Assembly (NCBI RefSeq): GCF_000150275.1
Contig: NW_002060947.1
Coordinates: 3,834,335 to 3,898,334, forward strand
Origin: Trichoplax adhaerens
Lineage: Eukaryota; Animalia; Placozoa
Length of the DNA: 64,000 nt
Reading direction: 5' to 3'
In this document: positions 1 through 12,124 of the stretch, piece by piece
Numbering within the stretch: position 1 is the stretch's first letter
Layout: each line of letters begins with the position of its first letter
Position numbers and translations under genes: made by a program
Notes under the pieces: generated by a model
The model's input: only the letters and a program-made list of their open reading frames with translations
The model's database searches: none
What the model was told of the DNA's origin: nothing

Positions 1-171
1 TATTCTCTTATCTTTCCCATTCTGCTAATAATGTAATCGAGTTGTTCCCTGATAGATTAATACTAATTAATTCTACTGCAGACAGTATTGATCTTGTATT
101 CATATCGGCCATGTTATTTTAACTTTGCACCATATATAACAATATACAGTCCACTAATACATTGTACAGTA

Positions 172-943
172 CTGTAGTAGTAGTTGGTCAGTGGAAGATG
201 GAGACGTTGTGAAAATGCTTAAATGCTTTTAGCAGTTCTCTATCCGACTTTACTAGTACAGTGTAGTAGTTGTTGGTAAGTGGAAGATGGAGACGTTGTG
301 AAAATGCTTAAATGCTTTTAGCAGTTCTCTATCCGACTTTACTAGTACAGTGTAGTAGTTGTTGGTAAGTGAAAGATGGAGACGTTGTGAAAATGCTTAA
401 ATGCTTTTAGCAGTTCTCTATCCGACTTTACTAGTACAGTGTAGTAGTTGTTGGTAAGTGGAAGATGGAGACGTGGTCAAAATGCTTAAATGCTTTTAGC
501 AGTTCTCTATCCGACTTTACTAGTACAGTGTAGTAGTTGTTGGTCAGTGGAAGATGGAGACGTGGTCAAAATGCTTAAATGCTTTTAGCAGTTCTCTATC
601 CGACTTTACTAGTACAGTGTAGTAGTCGTTGGTCAGTAGACGATGGAGACGTGGTGAAAACCCTTTTAGCAGTTCTCTATCCGACTTTACTAGTACAGTG
701 CAGTAGTCGTTGGTCAGTGGAAGATGGAGACGTGGTGAAAATGCTTAAATGCTTTTAGCAGTTCTCTATCCGACTTTACTAGTACAGTGCAGTAGTCGTT
801 GGTCAGTAGACGATGGAGACGTGGTGAAAAAGCTTTTAGCAGTTCTCTATCCGACTTTACTAGTACAGTGCAGTAGTTGTTGGTCAGTAGACGATGGAGA
901 CGTGGTGAAAACGCTTGTAGCTGTTCTCTATCCGACTTTACTG
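172..943. repeat. Tandem minisatellite, ~9 copies of an 89/81-bp unit
   Basis: Anchor TATCCGACTTTACT recurs at 241, 330, 419, 508, 597, 678, 767, 848, 929 (periods 89,89,89,89,81,89,81,81). The 89-bp unit is the 81-bp unit plus an 8-bp duplication of AAATGCTT. Confidence 0.97.
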
Positions 944-1223
944 TAAGGGTCTCTAGTCATCGACTTCTAAGAGTATTTTCTACTGTACAACTTCATGATA
1001 CTGTACTCTACTGTGAAATTCAACAGCCGCGAGAGGGTGAATGGAGAAATTAATATTATTATGATCATTATTATTATTAGAATAATAATGATTAAACTAA
1101 GAATATCAAGCTTTCAATAGATGAAGTTTTTTTTTGTGTGTTGAATTCTATCAAATAGCGTAGGGCTTCCTAATTTTATTCTATTAATTTTCCCCTAATT
1201 AAATTAAACTCTGCCTATATATT

Positions 1224-1587
1224 CTATGAAATAAAATATCCTTATTTATGTGTTATTTTCCGTAGGGAAATTGTATCGTTCGCTTCGAAGCAAGCCGGTT
1301 GTAGCCTAATTGTTACAATGATACGAAAGTATAGAATTATTTAATTCGGGAATTATGACAATATTAAAATTGTTAATGTAAATTCGCATCGATCGACATA
1401 GAACTATGAAATAAAATATCGTTATTTATGTGTTATTTTCCGTAGGGAAATTGTGTCGTTCGCTTCCAAGCAAGCCGGTTGTAGCCTAATTATTACAATG
1501 ACTCTATACCAAAGTATAGAATTCGTTAATTCAGGAATTATGACTAATTAAAATTATTAATGGAAATTCGCATCGATCGACATAGAG
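1224..1587. repeat. Diverged 180-bp tandem duplication (2 copies)
   Basis: CTATGAAATAAAATATC...TTCCGTAGGGAAATTG...AAGCAAGCCGGTTGTAGCCTAATT...AAATTCGCATCGATCGACATAGA starts at 1224 and again at 1404, with substitutions and small indels. Confidence 0.95.
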
Positions 1588-1728
1588 CTACTGTGTATTG
1601 CCGTAGTCATAATACTGGCGAGGCTATTCCAAGGGCCTCAAGGATAGCTAGTTACACACTTCGATACGATACCATGACTTCGATTTATACAACCGATGTA
1701 ACCAATTGATATCAATAGTACCAATATT

Positions 1729-1830
1729 AGGGACTACTAAATCTCTTTCTCCCACCTAAAATGAAACTCACTATAATTTGGGAGAGAGTGAGCCATTTTC
1801 GGAAAAAGAAAGAGAGATTTAGTAGTTCCT
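1729..1830. mobile_element. Short foldback / MITE-like element with AGGGACTACT terminal inverted repeats
   Basis: Left end AGGGACTACTAAATCTCTTTCT versus reverse complement of right end AGGAACTACTAAATCTCTCTTTCT. Inner arms AAAATGAAACTCACT / AGTGAGCCATTTT also pair. Related termini at 2687, 3130-3238 and 51822-51897. No clean target-site duplication. Confidence 0.6.
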
Positions 1831-3129
1831 GTGGATAGGATCTGCTATCCATGTCCACGTGAGTCACAGAAAATGGCCAGATATTGACGCGATATTTGAT
1901 TAATTCGATATCGTATGAAATAATTAAAAGTGATCTTGGACTTTAAAGTACAGTACTGGAATGGCACAAGGCATATAAGCAAAGTATCACGAGCGGGACA
2001 ATCTTCTAATAAATGATAATAAATAATTAGTTTACTATTTCCAGGCCTACCGTAGCTTATAGACAGTATTTGTAGACTAATTTTAATCATGTTGTACCAG
2101 TCAACGGTACCAGATACATTATGTTGTTCCAAAATACAGTATATTGAGCAGCTCTGCGAAGAAAAATTATAATCTGACCTCACTATGTCGACATTTTAGT
2201 AAAAAGAGCAAAATAAGCCTGTTTAGCCAACTATAGAGTAAGCTAGCGCTAGCCATTTATGATCGGTGTCTAGTTATGTCCAAAAGAGTGGCAACTGCGA
2301 CGTGGAATAGTTTAACAATGCACAACAATGTATAAAAGATAGAAAAATCTTACTAGTACACTCGTATAAATCTAAATTACAAGAAATAGTGACTAAAGGT
2401 CTGCATAGTAACTTAATAGTAAGTCAAATCAAAAATTAATATTTCTTGCATTAATAAAACCGATATTAACATTAATCTAAACTTTAGGAATTAGATAAAC
2501 TGTCGTATGACTCCTAAACAAAAATTGCTTTAATTGTATTGCATTGTAACTTATAATCAGTTTAAAAGTTGCATATGAAGGTTCCACTAATGTTACAACA
2601 GTATGCTCCATATATTCAAGGCTAAACTTTCTGATTTGAACCTAAACTCCAAAAATAACTTTAAGTGAAACGAGTAGATACATCGTGGACTACTAAACAA
2701 GAATTTCCCTCTCCCTCCCTGTTACAACCACTTTTGTAACATGGAAACTACTTTCAACGGCAGCTTAGTACAGACACCAATCTTCACTAAGATCAAAACA
2801 AGAGCTCTCTTTATTTTAAAAAGTAACTCGCTTTTATACCTTCTACCTATTCGCGAACAACTACAGCATACATATATATATACATGGACGTTAATACTGA
2901 TAAATCGGCTGCCATATATTCTTCTATCTAAATTAGTATAACTTTAAGCTCTACTTTAAAATACGTTAGAGCACGCATATAACATGAGAGTAACCGTGAT
3001 CAGAACACGATCTGACCTTTAAGCTCTCTTATAAATTAGCTATCTAACTAATTACTAACAATCTACATATACTGGTATGATAGAACTTGGGGCGATACGA
3101 GTAGCGTGACACTCCGCCAGTCCCGATTT

Positions 3130-3238
3130 TACTCAACAAAAATCTTCCCCACGCTAAGTCAGGGAAACAGAAGTTTTCATAGTAAGGAAGAACCAGTAGT
3201 TTTCGGCGAGAGAGGAAATTTTTTGTTGAGTAGTCTCT
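3130..3238. mobile_element. Degenerate MITE-like element, same GGGACTACT terminal family
   Basis: TACTCAACAAAAA (3130-3142) pairs with TTTTTGTTGAGTA (3220-3232). The right end reads AGAGACTACTCAACAAAAAATTTCCTCTCTC on the minus strand, similar to the solo end GGACTACTAAACAAGAATTTCCCTCTCC at 2687. Confidence 0.45.
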
Positions 3239-6200
3239 AGATACACACACCTAGTGCAGTTGTTAAAAACTTTAATGAATCAAATTTTGCTTTCATCGCT
3301 TTACACCTTTCACTATTAAGGAGTAGAGGACAGTCAGAACTGAAACGGGCAACGGGGGGGGGGCAAAAAATTTTTATGTTTCCTATCTCTAATCAAAATA
3401 CTATCCGCGACACAGATTGTACGCACGGCATAATCCTCCTCATTTACAGTGCATTAAAATCTTATAACACGCGTAGGTATTATATTGTTTAGACACATAT
3501 TTACAACAAATTTATTAAAATGAATACCATATTGTTGTCATTAGAAACTGAATCAATAATAACATGTAGTATCTACAATAATCTCGTACAACGTATAGCG
3601 TTAAACAATTTAAGAAGTAAAATTTTTTATAAACATTTGTACTCGGTAATATTGTGAATTATTAAAGGATCAATTTACATCAAAGCCCAGAAATACTGGG
3701 CATAGCTAAGACTTAAATATTTCGACAATATGATGGATAAGGTAATAAATTATTGATGACCTAGTTCCTTATCAAGATTTGACAATATTTGATATGGCTA
3801 ACATTTCAGTATTTATTTTAAGATATGAATTTCATAAAGTTTAAACTACTGCATTTATGATACTCCTTTAAGCTCGAAAGAGAGTGTTTTAATCCAATAA
3901 ATAACTTATGATCAGTTAAAATTCAATTGCAGCTTCTACAAAGTGAACTGATTTATTCGCATCGAATTATCAGAAATTATATAAATCGATTACCTCAAAT
4001 CGTTACGCACAGCAAATTGTAAATATCTACTAGCAACTAGACACTAGTCATCATAGGTAATTAGTGATCCGAAGAATTATCGTGGGAGCGATACAGTCAC
4101 AGAAGGACACGACTTAAAATTACAAAAAATGACGTAAATTAATCAAATAAATTAATGAAATAACAGCCACCTATCCCGTACTTGACTAAAGTTCGAGACA
4201 ATCATGATTACGTACTAATGTTTGCCACTTCTATGGTTAGTATAGATTAGAGATCACAAAACCTATACTAAATAGTCACGAAATTTATTGCAAGAAATCT
4301 AAAACTACTGTATAGAGTAGCTGGTGAGATAAACATACGATTATTTATATTTTATAGAGCACACAAACTACTGCTTATAGATCTTCAGTGAAATACACTG
4401 ATAAGAATCTATTATAATAATACAAGCGATGATTTTTATCGCGCCGGATATGGAAAGATTTTATTATAATTTTAAATAAGTTTTCAATGGGCAAAAATTT
4501 TCTTCATGATTGGAAGGGTATAATAAAGATTAATAAACTAGCTTCGGGTAATACTGTCATAAAGCTACTAGATAGATTATTGTTCTACTTGTTATAGTCA
4601 ATACGTTTTTGAACGTAACATTCGTTTCGAGTCAAAAACGAAAATAAAAATTTGACGTAAATTTGCAATAATAAACATAATAAAAAGATGTAACTCTTGC
4701 TTTCAACAGCTATACAATATATTGATTTTAGAAATCTGTGTTAATTATAGTTTCGAAAGTTCTTCCTTATGATAAGAGAAATAATTTACACGTGTAATTC
4801 GCTTCTTCCTATCTGCAGAATTAATCCTTAGAATTGAATAATTTGTGGTTTGAAAAACTCACTGTCTACAAAAACTTGAAATATTATTACAAGTCATTTC
4901 GATAGCAAACCTATAATAAAATTCGTATTGCTCCCTGACGACATTGAACTCAAAGTGTAGTGCAGCCTAACTAATGAACTTATTAAAGTATATTCTGCGC
5001 AGGATAAAAGGTAGACTAGTATCGATTATATCAGTACAGAGACTGATATTAGCAGAGTAATTCTACTTATACCAAGTTACAAAGTAGTTTTGCTGGATCG
5101 ATGAGGGTCAAGAATACCCATTTTATATTATCTCCTCGTGTCACAACCTCGGTCGCAACATACTTCTAACCTTATTTGTATCAATTGTAAAGAAATCAGC
5201 GAAGCAAGTTCCGACGCTGTATCATATATTATACCTCTTGTATCTAAAATGTACCTATAATACACTGACTGCAAGGTTCAACAGCCGATTTTTTACTTTC
5301 ATAAAATTTTACAAGAGCATATCTGCCAACATGTAAGAAGACGACTAAGGCACTGTGAGTGATTATGTACCGTAATTCTTCCCATTACTATCGTTGGGCA
5401 TTCTAAAATAGTTTTAATAAACTTTTCTATTTGAAAACAATCCTACTGTATATAGTACGCCAAGACTACACATATAAAATTGAATGAATACCATTGTGAT
5501 AAAATTTGCATACTAAAAAATTACTGACAGCAAAGGAAAAGATCGATTTTATAATTTTTATCGTATTATTCCGAATATATGGCGATTTATTATGATCTCC
5601 AGACTATTATGTTCTCATGGTGATCCTAATCCTACAACTAAAAGATTTGGCCTTAAATTGATACATTAGGGAAAAAGTAGGCCATAGAACATATATAAAA
5701 TAATATTTCTCTGAATGATTGCACTGTAGTTCACAACAACAATCTTGGCTTACTGTTCATTAGTCTGAAGTCATTATCGATGGCAATACATTTCACGTCA
5801 AAGAAAAAATCGTAGACAAGGGTTGAATATTATATATGATTAACTATAATTATGAAACTTCTATTCTCTAACACATTCCTTCATTCCGTAGACTCGAAGG
5901 CAATTTCATAATTCATTGTATCCTCTACTTTCTTTCATAAATATAATATATCATAACTGTTTTGTTTTAATTGGAATGGCATCGCTGATAATTACTAAAG
6001 TGCATCTTATATCAGTATCTTTTTCATGTTGTTCTGCTTTACTACTTCCCCTTTTAGGAATTATCGTTAACATATCTGTATAATTAGTCAATGACAATTA
6101 TAATTACATCATAGGTATTAATATAATCAATAAGAATTACACAGTTACCGCGTCCTCTACTATCATAATATACCCATTAAAAATATCGAAATGAATTTCG

Positions 6201-9200
6201 CAATGAATAGGACTTTCTAGTATTAATCGTATTGACAGCATTATTCCGCTCATATAAATTAGATATCATTTCATGTTTCCACTGACATTTTCCATCTGTA
6301 TTTTGTCTATACCAATGTAGAACTAATAAATTTATAAATTCTACCATAAATGAGTGTGTACTGTACTATAAATTTTAGTAGATTATTGAATTCACGGAAT
6401 AATTATTGAATAGGTATGATTTAGACGTAGCATTCAATATCTATCTTTTGCTCAATGATACTCATTTCTCTATGTAGATATAACCAGGTAAACTGAACGA
6501 AACACAGATATTGAGTTCTATGGTAATGTACGCACACATACAGTACTGCTGCATATTCGGTTCTTTCATCGATTGAATACTAACTATAGCTAAAAATTTT
6601 GACATATCGACTTACATCAACTATAATGTACTGTAAAAGAATGGTTCCCGAATACAAGCTTTAATAAGATTGATTTTTTTCTTAGCCTCTCATCGTTAAC
6701 TTATGCGGTATCGGATGTGCATATGCATATAACCGTGTATTATTCTATTATTTACGATAGCACTATAGTATTACTAACGCATTTCCCAAGACATTGTAGA
6801 CTGATAGCTAAGCAATGAACTTTCAAGATCATTGATTTATAAAAAACCTCAGCTACATGCGTATAAGTATCTAAGGAATCACAGTATGATAGTGCATAAA
6901 CAGTTTACTCTACTGCAGATTAATGATGTTCTTTCCATTGTTTCAATATAAGCTAACACCATCATTATTACCATCATACAGAATTCAATTGATTAATAAT
7001 ATTATCGATACTAATGTTCAATACAGATATTATTCAAGCTGATACACTCTATTTATATGATATTTACTGGTTATAGCCCCAAATTTTGGCTACATAATCA
7101 ATAACTACCAATTGGGCATATTAATGACCGTTTATGATGATAAGAAAAAGCAACAGATATAAATATTACGATACAATTGTCGTATTCGTGATCATCCATC
7201 TGATAAAATTCCTATTTGCAATGCTTCATTTTCTCTTCATTTAGGATTACATCAAAACACATTATCTATACCACTTTAATTACATTTCCTATCATACGTG
7301 CACATATAAAGATTTAAATACTAATATAATTGTTATCATCAAGGAAAGGGGAAACGTCTATTTATGGTCTCCTATTTGTAAATTTTCATTTATGTTGACT
7401 GTATTTATTAATTTCTATCCAATTACAATAATCATCCAACGCATTTCGATAACCTTTATATTGTCATTAATAGTATTATATTTCTATTCTGGTAGATATT
7501 GTTGAAATAATCTTATTGATTTTCTATTATTTCTCTTATTTAGTAATCACCGTGTCATTGTTTAGATTTCGGTAAAAATATATTTATTGGAAGTATATTA
7601 TAGTTTTCATGCTTGTCGTAGTGGTATTGTGTTTGTCGGTATCTAATGAACGAAAAATTACTCACTTAATCAGAATTCATTATACTTAAAAGCAATACAA
7701 ACCTGCCAGTAAATAGAATAGAACTCTTAAACTTTTGATAACAGAGATAACTTGATGGTATTTTCTTACTTCCATGGCTACTAACTACATTAAAATCAAT
7801 CAATACAATAATCAACGGAGGAATGTTGCCAAGGACGACTCAAATTTTTTATGCAATAAATTTAACAACGTTGTAATGTAGATTAAAATTGTGATCAACT
7901 GATCAAATAGGACTAAAGTTTATAGCTTCTATATAATGTAATCCTAATATTGTTTTAATTTTATTAAACATGCCGATTTACAAAGAAAGCGAATTTTATA
8001 TCTATAGTTATAGGAGGCACTTTGTCACTAGTGATCTAATATGGTATAAATTCTTAAATACAATAAATAATATACATCCCATTTCATAATTCATCATGTT
8101 GTAATAGCAAAAACTCCTACTGGTACTCAAGTGCAAGTAATGACAACTTAATGTATCAAGTAATACTACAATTATCGTAAAATAATTTTAGAATAACCGA
8201 AATTAATCATCTGGTCTTTGAGATTAGCTATTATAATTATTAATACGACAGAGAGAAAGATCGTCTTTCTTAAAAATACTCTGTTGATCCTATCATGAAA
8301 CCTTTAGTAAAGAAATTTCTTGATCAGAAGAATATTATCTCGCAATAAAACAAGCATATCGTCGCTTTATTTCTCAATGTATCTCAAAATGAGTTTATAA
8401 TTAGTTAAAATATAGATTCATATTTGCATCCTATTGATATCGATCCGAAATTAATGATGTAGAAAATGCTAAATTATTCTTGATAATAATTAGTCGCGTA
8501 GATTGTACAATTACTACAAAATTACAATGAAAAATTAATAATTAGTGCTTAAATAGTTATAAAATGTAGCAATGACGCTATTGTAAACTATGCATAGATA
8601 TATAGAGATAAAACAGATGGATCAAGTATGCAGTAACAAAACAGAAGATATAAAATGATAAATATTGCAATTAGAGACAAGAGGAAATTATTGTAATCAT
8701 AAGGAACGTATCTTATTAATGTCAGGATAGCCATGGTTACAAGTTGGCCATAAACAGTTTCTATCATCTAAATTTACTATCGTTACCATAATTATTTACT
8801 GGAAAGATAACTGCCTATTTTAATTTAATTACAATACAAACTGGTAGACAACCACAAACTGGCAGAATTACCTCTAATTAATATTACATTAGCGATCAAT
8901 CCGAACATAAAATCTTTCTTTGTATGCTTTTGTTCTGTTTTTGATTAAATCCTCACCGTACTACAACCATAAATGAAGAAGTTTACAGCTTTTAAACTAT
9001 TATTAATTTATAATCTAGAAACGAGGATATCAATGACGAAATCAACATTTTTGAATTTTGAAATGAAGAATCTTAATTACGATCTAATTTTGATAGATTT
9101 AGCGCCATATATATTTTTACGTAAATATATGTTATTGTTCTCATCTTTCCGCTTAATGAAAAGGATGAGCCTGTTACACCTGTGTACGCATGCATCTATT

Positions 9201-10894
9201 TATCTCTCATTATATGACAAGTTATGATTTGTACGTATTTTCTTAACTCTGCACGTAATAATTTAGAAAGGCCATTCACTTCCTTGGTGATACAGGCATA
9301 CCGTACTTATTTAGTCTACTTGCTAGCTTGACAATCATTATAGATCTATTAAGTTAACAATCGTTAAGATCTGAAGTTAATAGATTTTATTTTTATCTTA
9401 CCTTGAATCTTACATAGAATGAGAGAAGAAAATTAATATCTAATTATTTCTCTAAAATTCGTAAAATAAGTTGTATTAAATATAAAAAAAGATTATTTTC
9501 CTTCCTCTGCTTATCTGTGTATAGCCAATATACTATTATTCCAAAACAAATTTTGGATTCTGTTTTCTCTTCTTCAAGCATAGGTAAGCCTTTAGAATAT
9601 GAATTTATTCGACAAATTTTAGCTCTGTTCAGTGTCTTAATTATAGTTATTATGTAGTTACAATTTTTCATTCCTATATATATTACTAACAAATCTTTCT
9701 CACACTTTTACTGAATAATAAAGCTAAATTGAACAATTTTTTATTTAAGTCGTACATTATTTAAAGCTGTAATGCTGTAATCGGTTAATATGTATTAAGT
9801 ATACCATTGCCATTACATGAGCATTATATAAAAGTGACCTAATTTCATCAATATAATTTCAATCGTTCTAGTATAGTTGATATCCTTAATAAACTTTTAA
9901 TTGAAAGGATTAATTTTATCTCTAACAACGTCATTTGGATTTTATGAATTTTTCTAATACATGTACTGTATAATGTACATATCTGTTCTTATACATAGAT
10001 CATCATTGTTAACGCTAGCTACTCATATGTACAATGATAAATCATATAAGATTTTTAAAATATCATGCTTGCTTGAGTGTTTAGTCATATTGTGAGGTAA
10101 TGCAATCATAATTCAAGTATAACTTCGTCACAACTAGTTAATTCTTTAGTGTGCTCAAATTCGATTCTTATTCGAATTGAAAATCGGCTAATATCGCCTT
10201 ATTCGTCAGTCTTTAGTTATGTTATTTTTATAAATTAGATATGAAAACAGATTTTACATTTGCTTAGAATAATTTTACGATAGTCAATCTAATACTTTCG
10301 TAAGCTGAAAAAGATTCCAAATTACGATATAATTCTAGTTCAATGAGAATTAGTATTATAAGTATATCAATTTTTATCAATTTTAGTCTATAGATATTAC
10401 AATAACTGCGCATTATTTACGATCGAAGTAACTAATCCATTTGTATTTGTGCCATTATCTACGTTATGTATATATATTTCATCAACAAAATAAACGTTTA
10501 TCTGATCGTCTGAATTGAGTAACAATTTAAGTAGAAATTAAGACAAAAATTATTTAAACAATTAAACCATTTGGATTTTGTGATATGAAACTTTTATTTA
10601 GTAGAGTTGCTCCTCCTATTTTCTAGGATAACAAAAAAGGATTCTACAGCTTTATCCATGAAGTCAAACTGTCCAAATTAATATCATTTCTGTAACTATA
10701 TTCAACGCTTAATAATTGTACTCTCTTATATTCATTGAAAATTATCGCTTCTATTGCAATTAAAATTTTAAAAGTTAAATTCTTATCAATTCTATCCTGA
10801 GTTTAACCAACTTTTAGTTAAAAAATTATCGAATTGATAAGTTTTTACTCTTATCTTCCATGCACTGCTATGCACCAAAATTGATTTGAGTATC

Positions 10895-12124
10895 ATGCAT
10901 ACAAGCGATCATCCCAGCGACATTACTAATCATGAGGATGATGATTTCATTACAGTAACCAGTACGATAAATTATAATTATTTAATATCGAATACTAGCA
11001 AGAATTTCACTTGCCAAGATATTACGGCCGGTGCTGGCACTATGGCTTTATCTGTACTTCTTGTCATAATTACCGCTACCATTGGAAATACTGTAGTCGT
11101 AATTGTTATATGTAAACATAAAAGGTTACAAACTGCTACTAATTATTTTATCGTCAATCTAGCCATTGTAGATATTTTAACAGCAATACTTAAACTACCA
11201 TTTTATATAGTTGCATTTCTTTGCAATGGTTGGCCACTTCATGATTCATTATGTAAATTTACGGCAATCTTAAATTCTCTATTTTATATTCAATCAACCT
11301 ATTCCGTTGCTTTTATCGCAATTGTTAGATACATTGTCTTATTCCATCATTCTAAATGTAGATATTTATGTAATAAAACATTCATAGTCATTATTATTAT
11401 AGTTTCATGGATAGTATGTATAGCATTATGTAGTTTACCTCTAATGGGATGGGGAACAATTGTCTACGACTACCTGGATTTTTCATGTCAACAGGACTGG
11501 TCCTCCTATCCTGATTATACTCTTACTGCTGTTGTTATTGGTTGGACTGTTCCATTTATTATCATGGTTGCCTGTTATACTAAGATTTCATTCGGTGTTT
11601 CACGCTATATGAAAAATTTACGGGCAGCAGGTATTACGATCGACTTCAGCCATCCTCAACACAATATAACATCGACGACAACGAGTACAACTTTAACTTA
11701 TCATCGTTTACAATTAGCCCACAACAGCGTAATATCTCGCTCACAACTGAAGGAAAATATAATTGAAAGCAAATTAACTAAATCATCGTTTATAGTTTGC
11801 TGTACATTTATTATTTGCTATTTACCATATAGCATTGTCGTTATGATTATAGAACCTTTTACCGGTTATCGATTTTCACAATTAATACACTTTTTACTTC
11901 TATGGTTAAAGTTTATTAATAGTTCTATTAATCCTGCAATCTATTCCATTTTTGATCCACAATTTAGAAAAGGTAGCATTTCATTATATCAAACATTTAG
12001 GAAAATATGTTGTCATTGTATGGCTTTTCAAGCTCTACCAATTAACCGATCTCTACGAATATATCCCAACAATAATACTATTCAAAATATAAGGCAGCCA
12101 ATTGACAGGAGTTTTCACACTTAA
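10895..12124 (+). CDS. Intronless class A (rhodopsin-family) 7TM GPCR, opsin/placopsin- or GPR161-like, 409 aa
   Basis: Seven hydrophobic segments with GN (TM1), NLAIVD (TM2), C3.25, IAIVRY (DRY variant), LPLMGWG..SC..DW (TM4/EL2), CYLP (TM6) and NSSINPAIY (TM7). N-glycosylation sequons in the N-terminus. First in-frame ATG is at 10895; the ORF track starts at a TTG. Confidence 0.95.
   Translation: MHTSDHPSDITNHEDDDFITVTSTINYNYLISNTSKNFTCQDITAGAGTMALSVLLVIITATIGNTVVVIVICKHKRLQTATNYFIVNLAIVDILTAILKLPFYIVAFLCNGWPLHDSLCKFTAILNSLFYIQSTYSVAFIAIVRYIVLFHHSKCRYLCNKTFIVIIIIVSWIVCIALCSLPLMGWGTIVYDYLDFSCQQDWSSYPDYTLTAVVIGWTVPFIIMVACYTKISFGVSRYMKNLRAAGITIDFSHPQHNITSTTTSTTLTYHRLQLAHNSVISRSQLKENIIESKLTKSSFIVCCTFIICYLPYSIVVMIIEPFTGYRFSQLIHFLLLWLKFINSSINPAIYSIFDPQFRKGSISLYQTFRKICCHCMAFQALPINRSLRIYPNNNTIQNIRQPIDRSFHT

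Noticed and set aside
172-943. CRISPR-like array, or the 65-aa repeat ORF at 749-946
   Set aside because: Units are contiguous with no unique spacers, there are no cas genes and the context is eukaryotic. The ORF results from the 81-bp period and is broken by the 89-bp units.
3354-3363. Poly-G run as a G-quadruplex or regulatory element
   Set aside because: Single 10-G homopolymer with no further supporting context.
1845-9692. Short ORFs at 1845, 2741, 3044, 8973 and 9444
   Set aside because: Composition typical of random AT-rich DNA (I/L/K/F/Y-rich); no domains and no consistent splice chain found.
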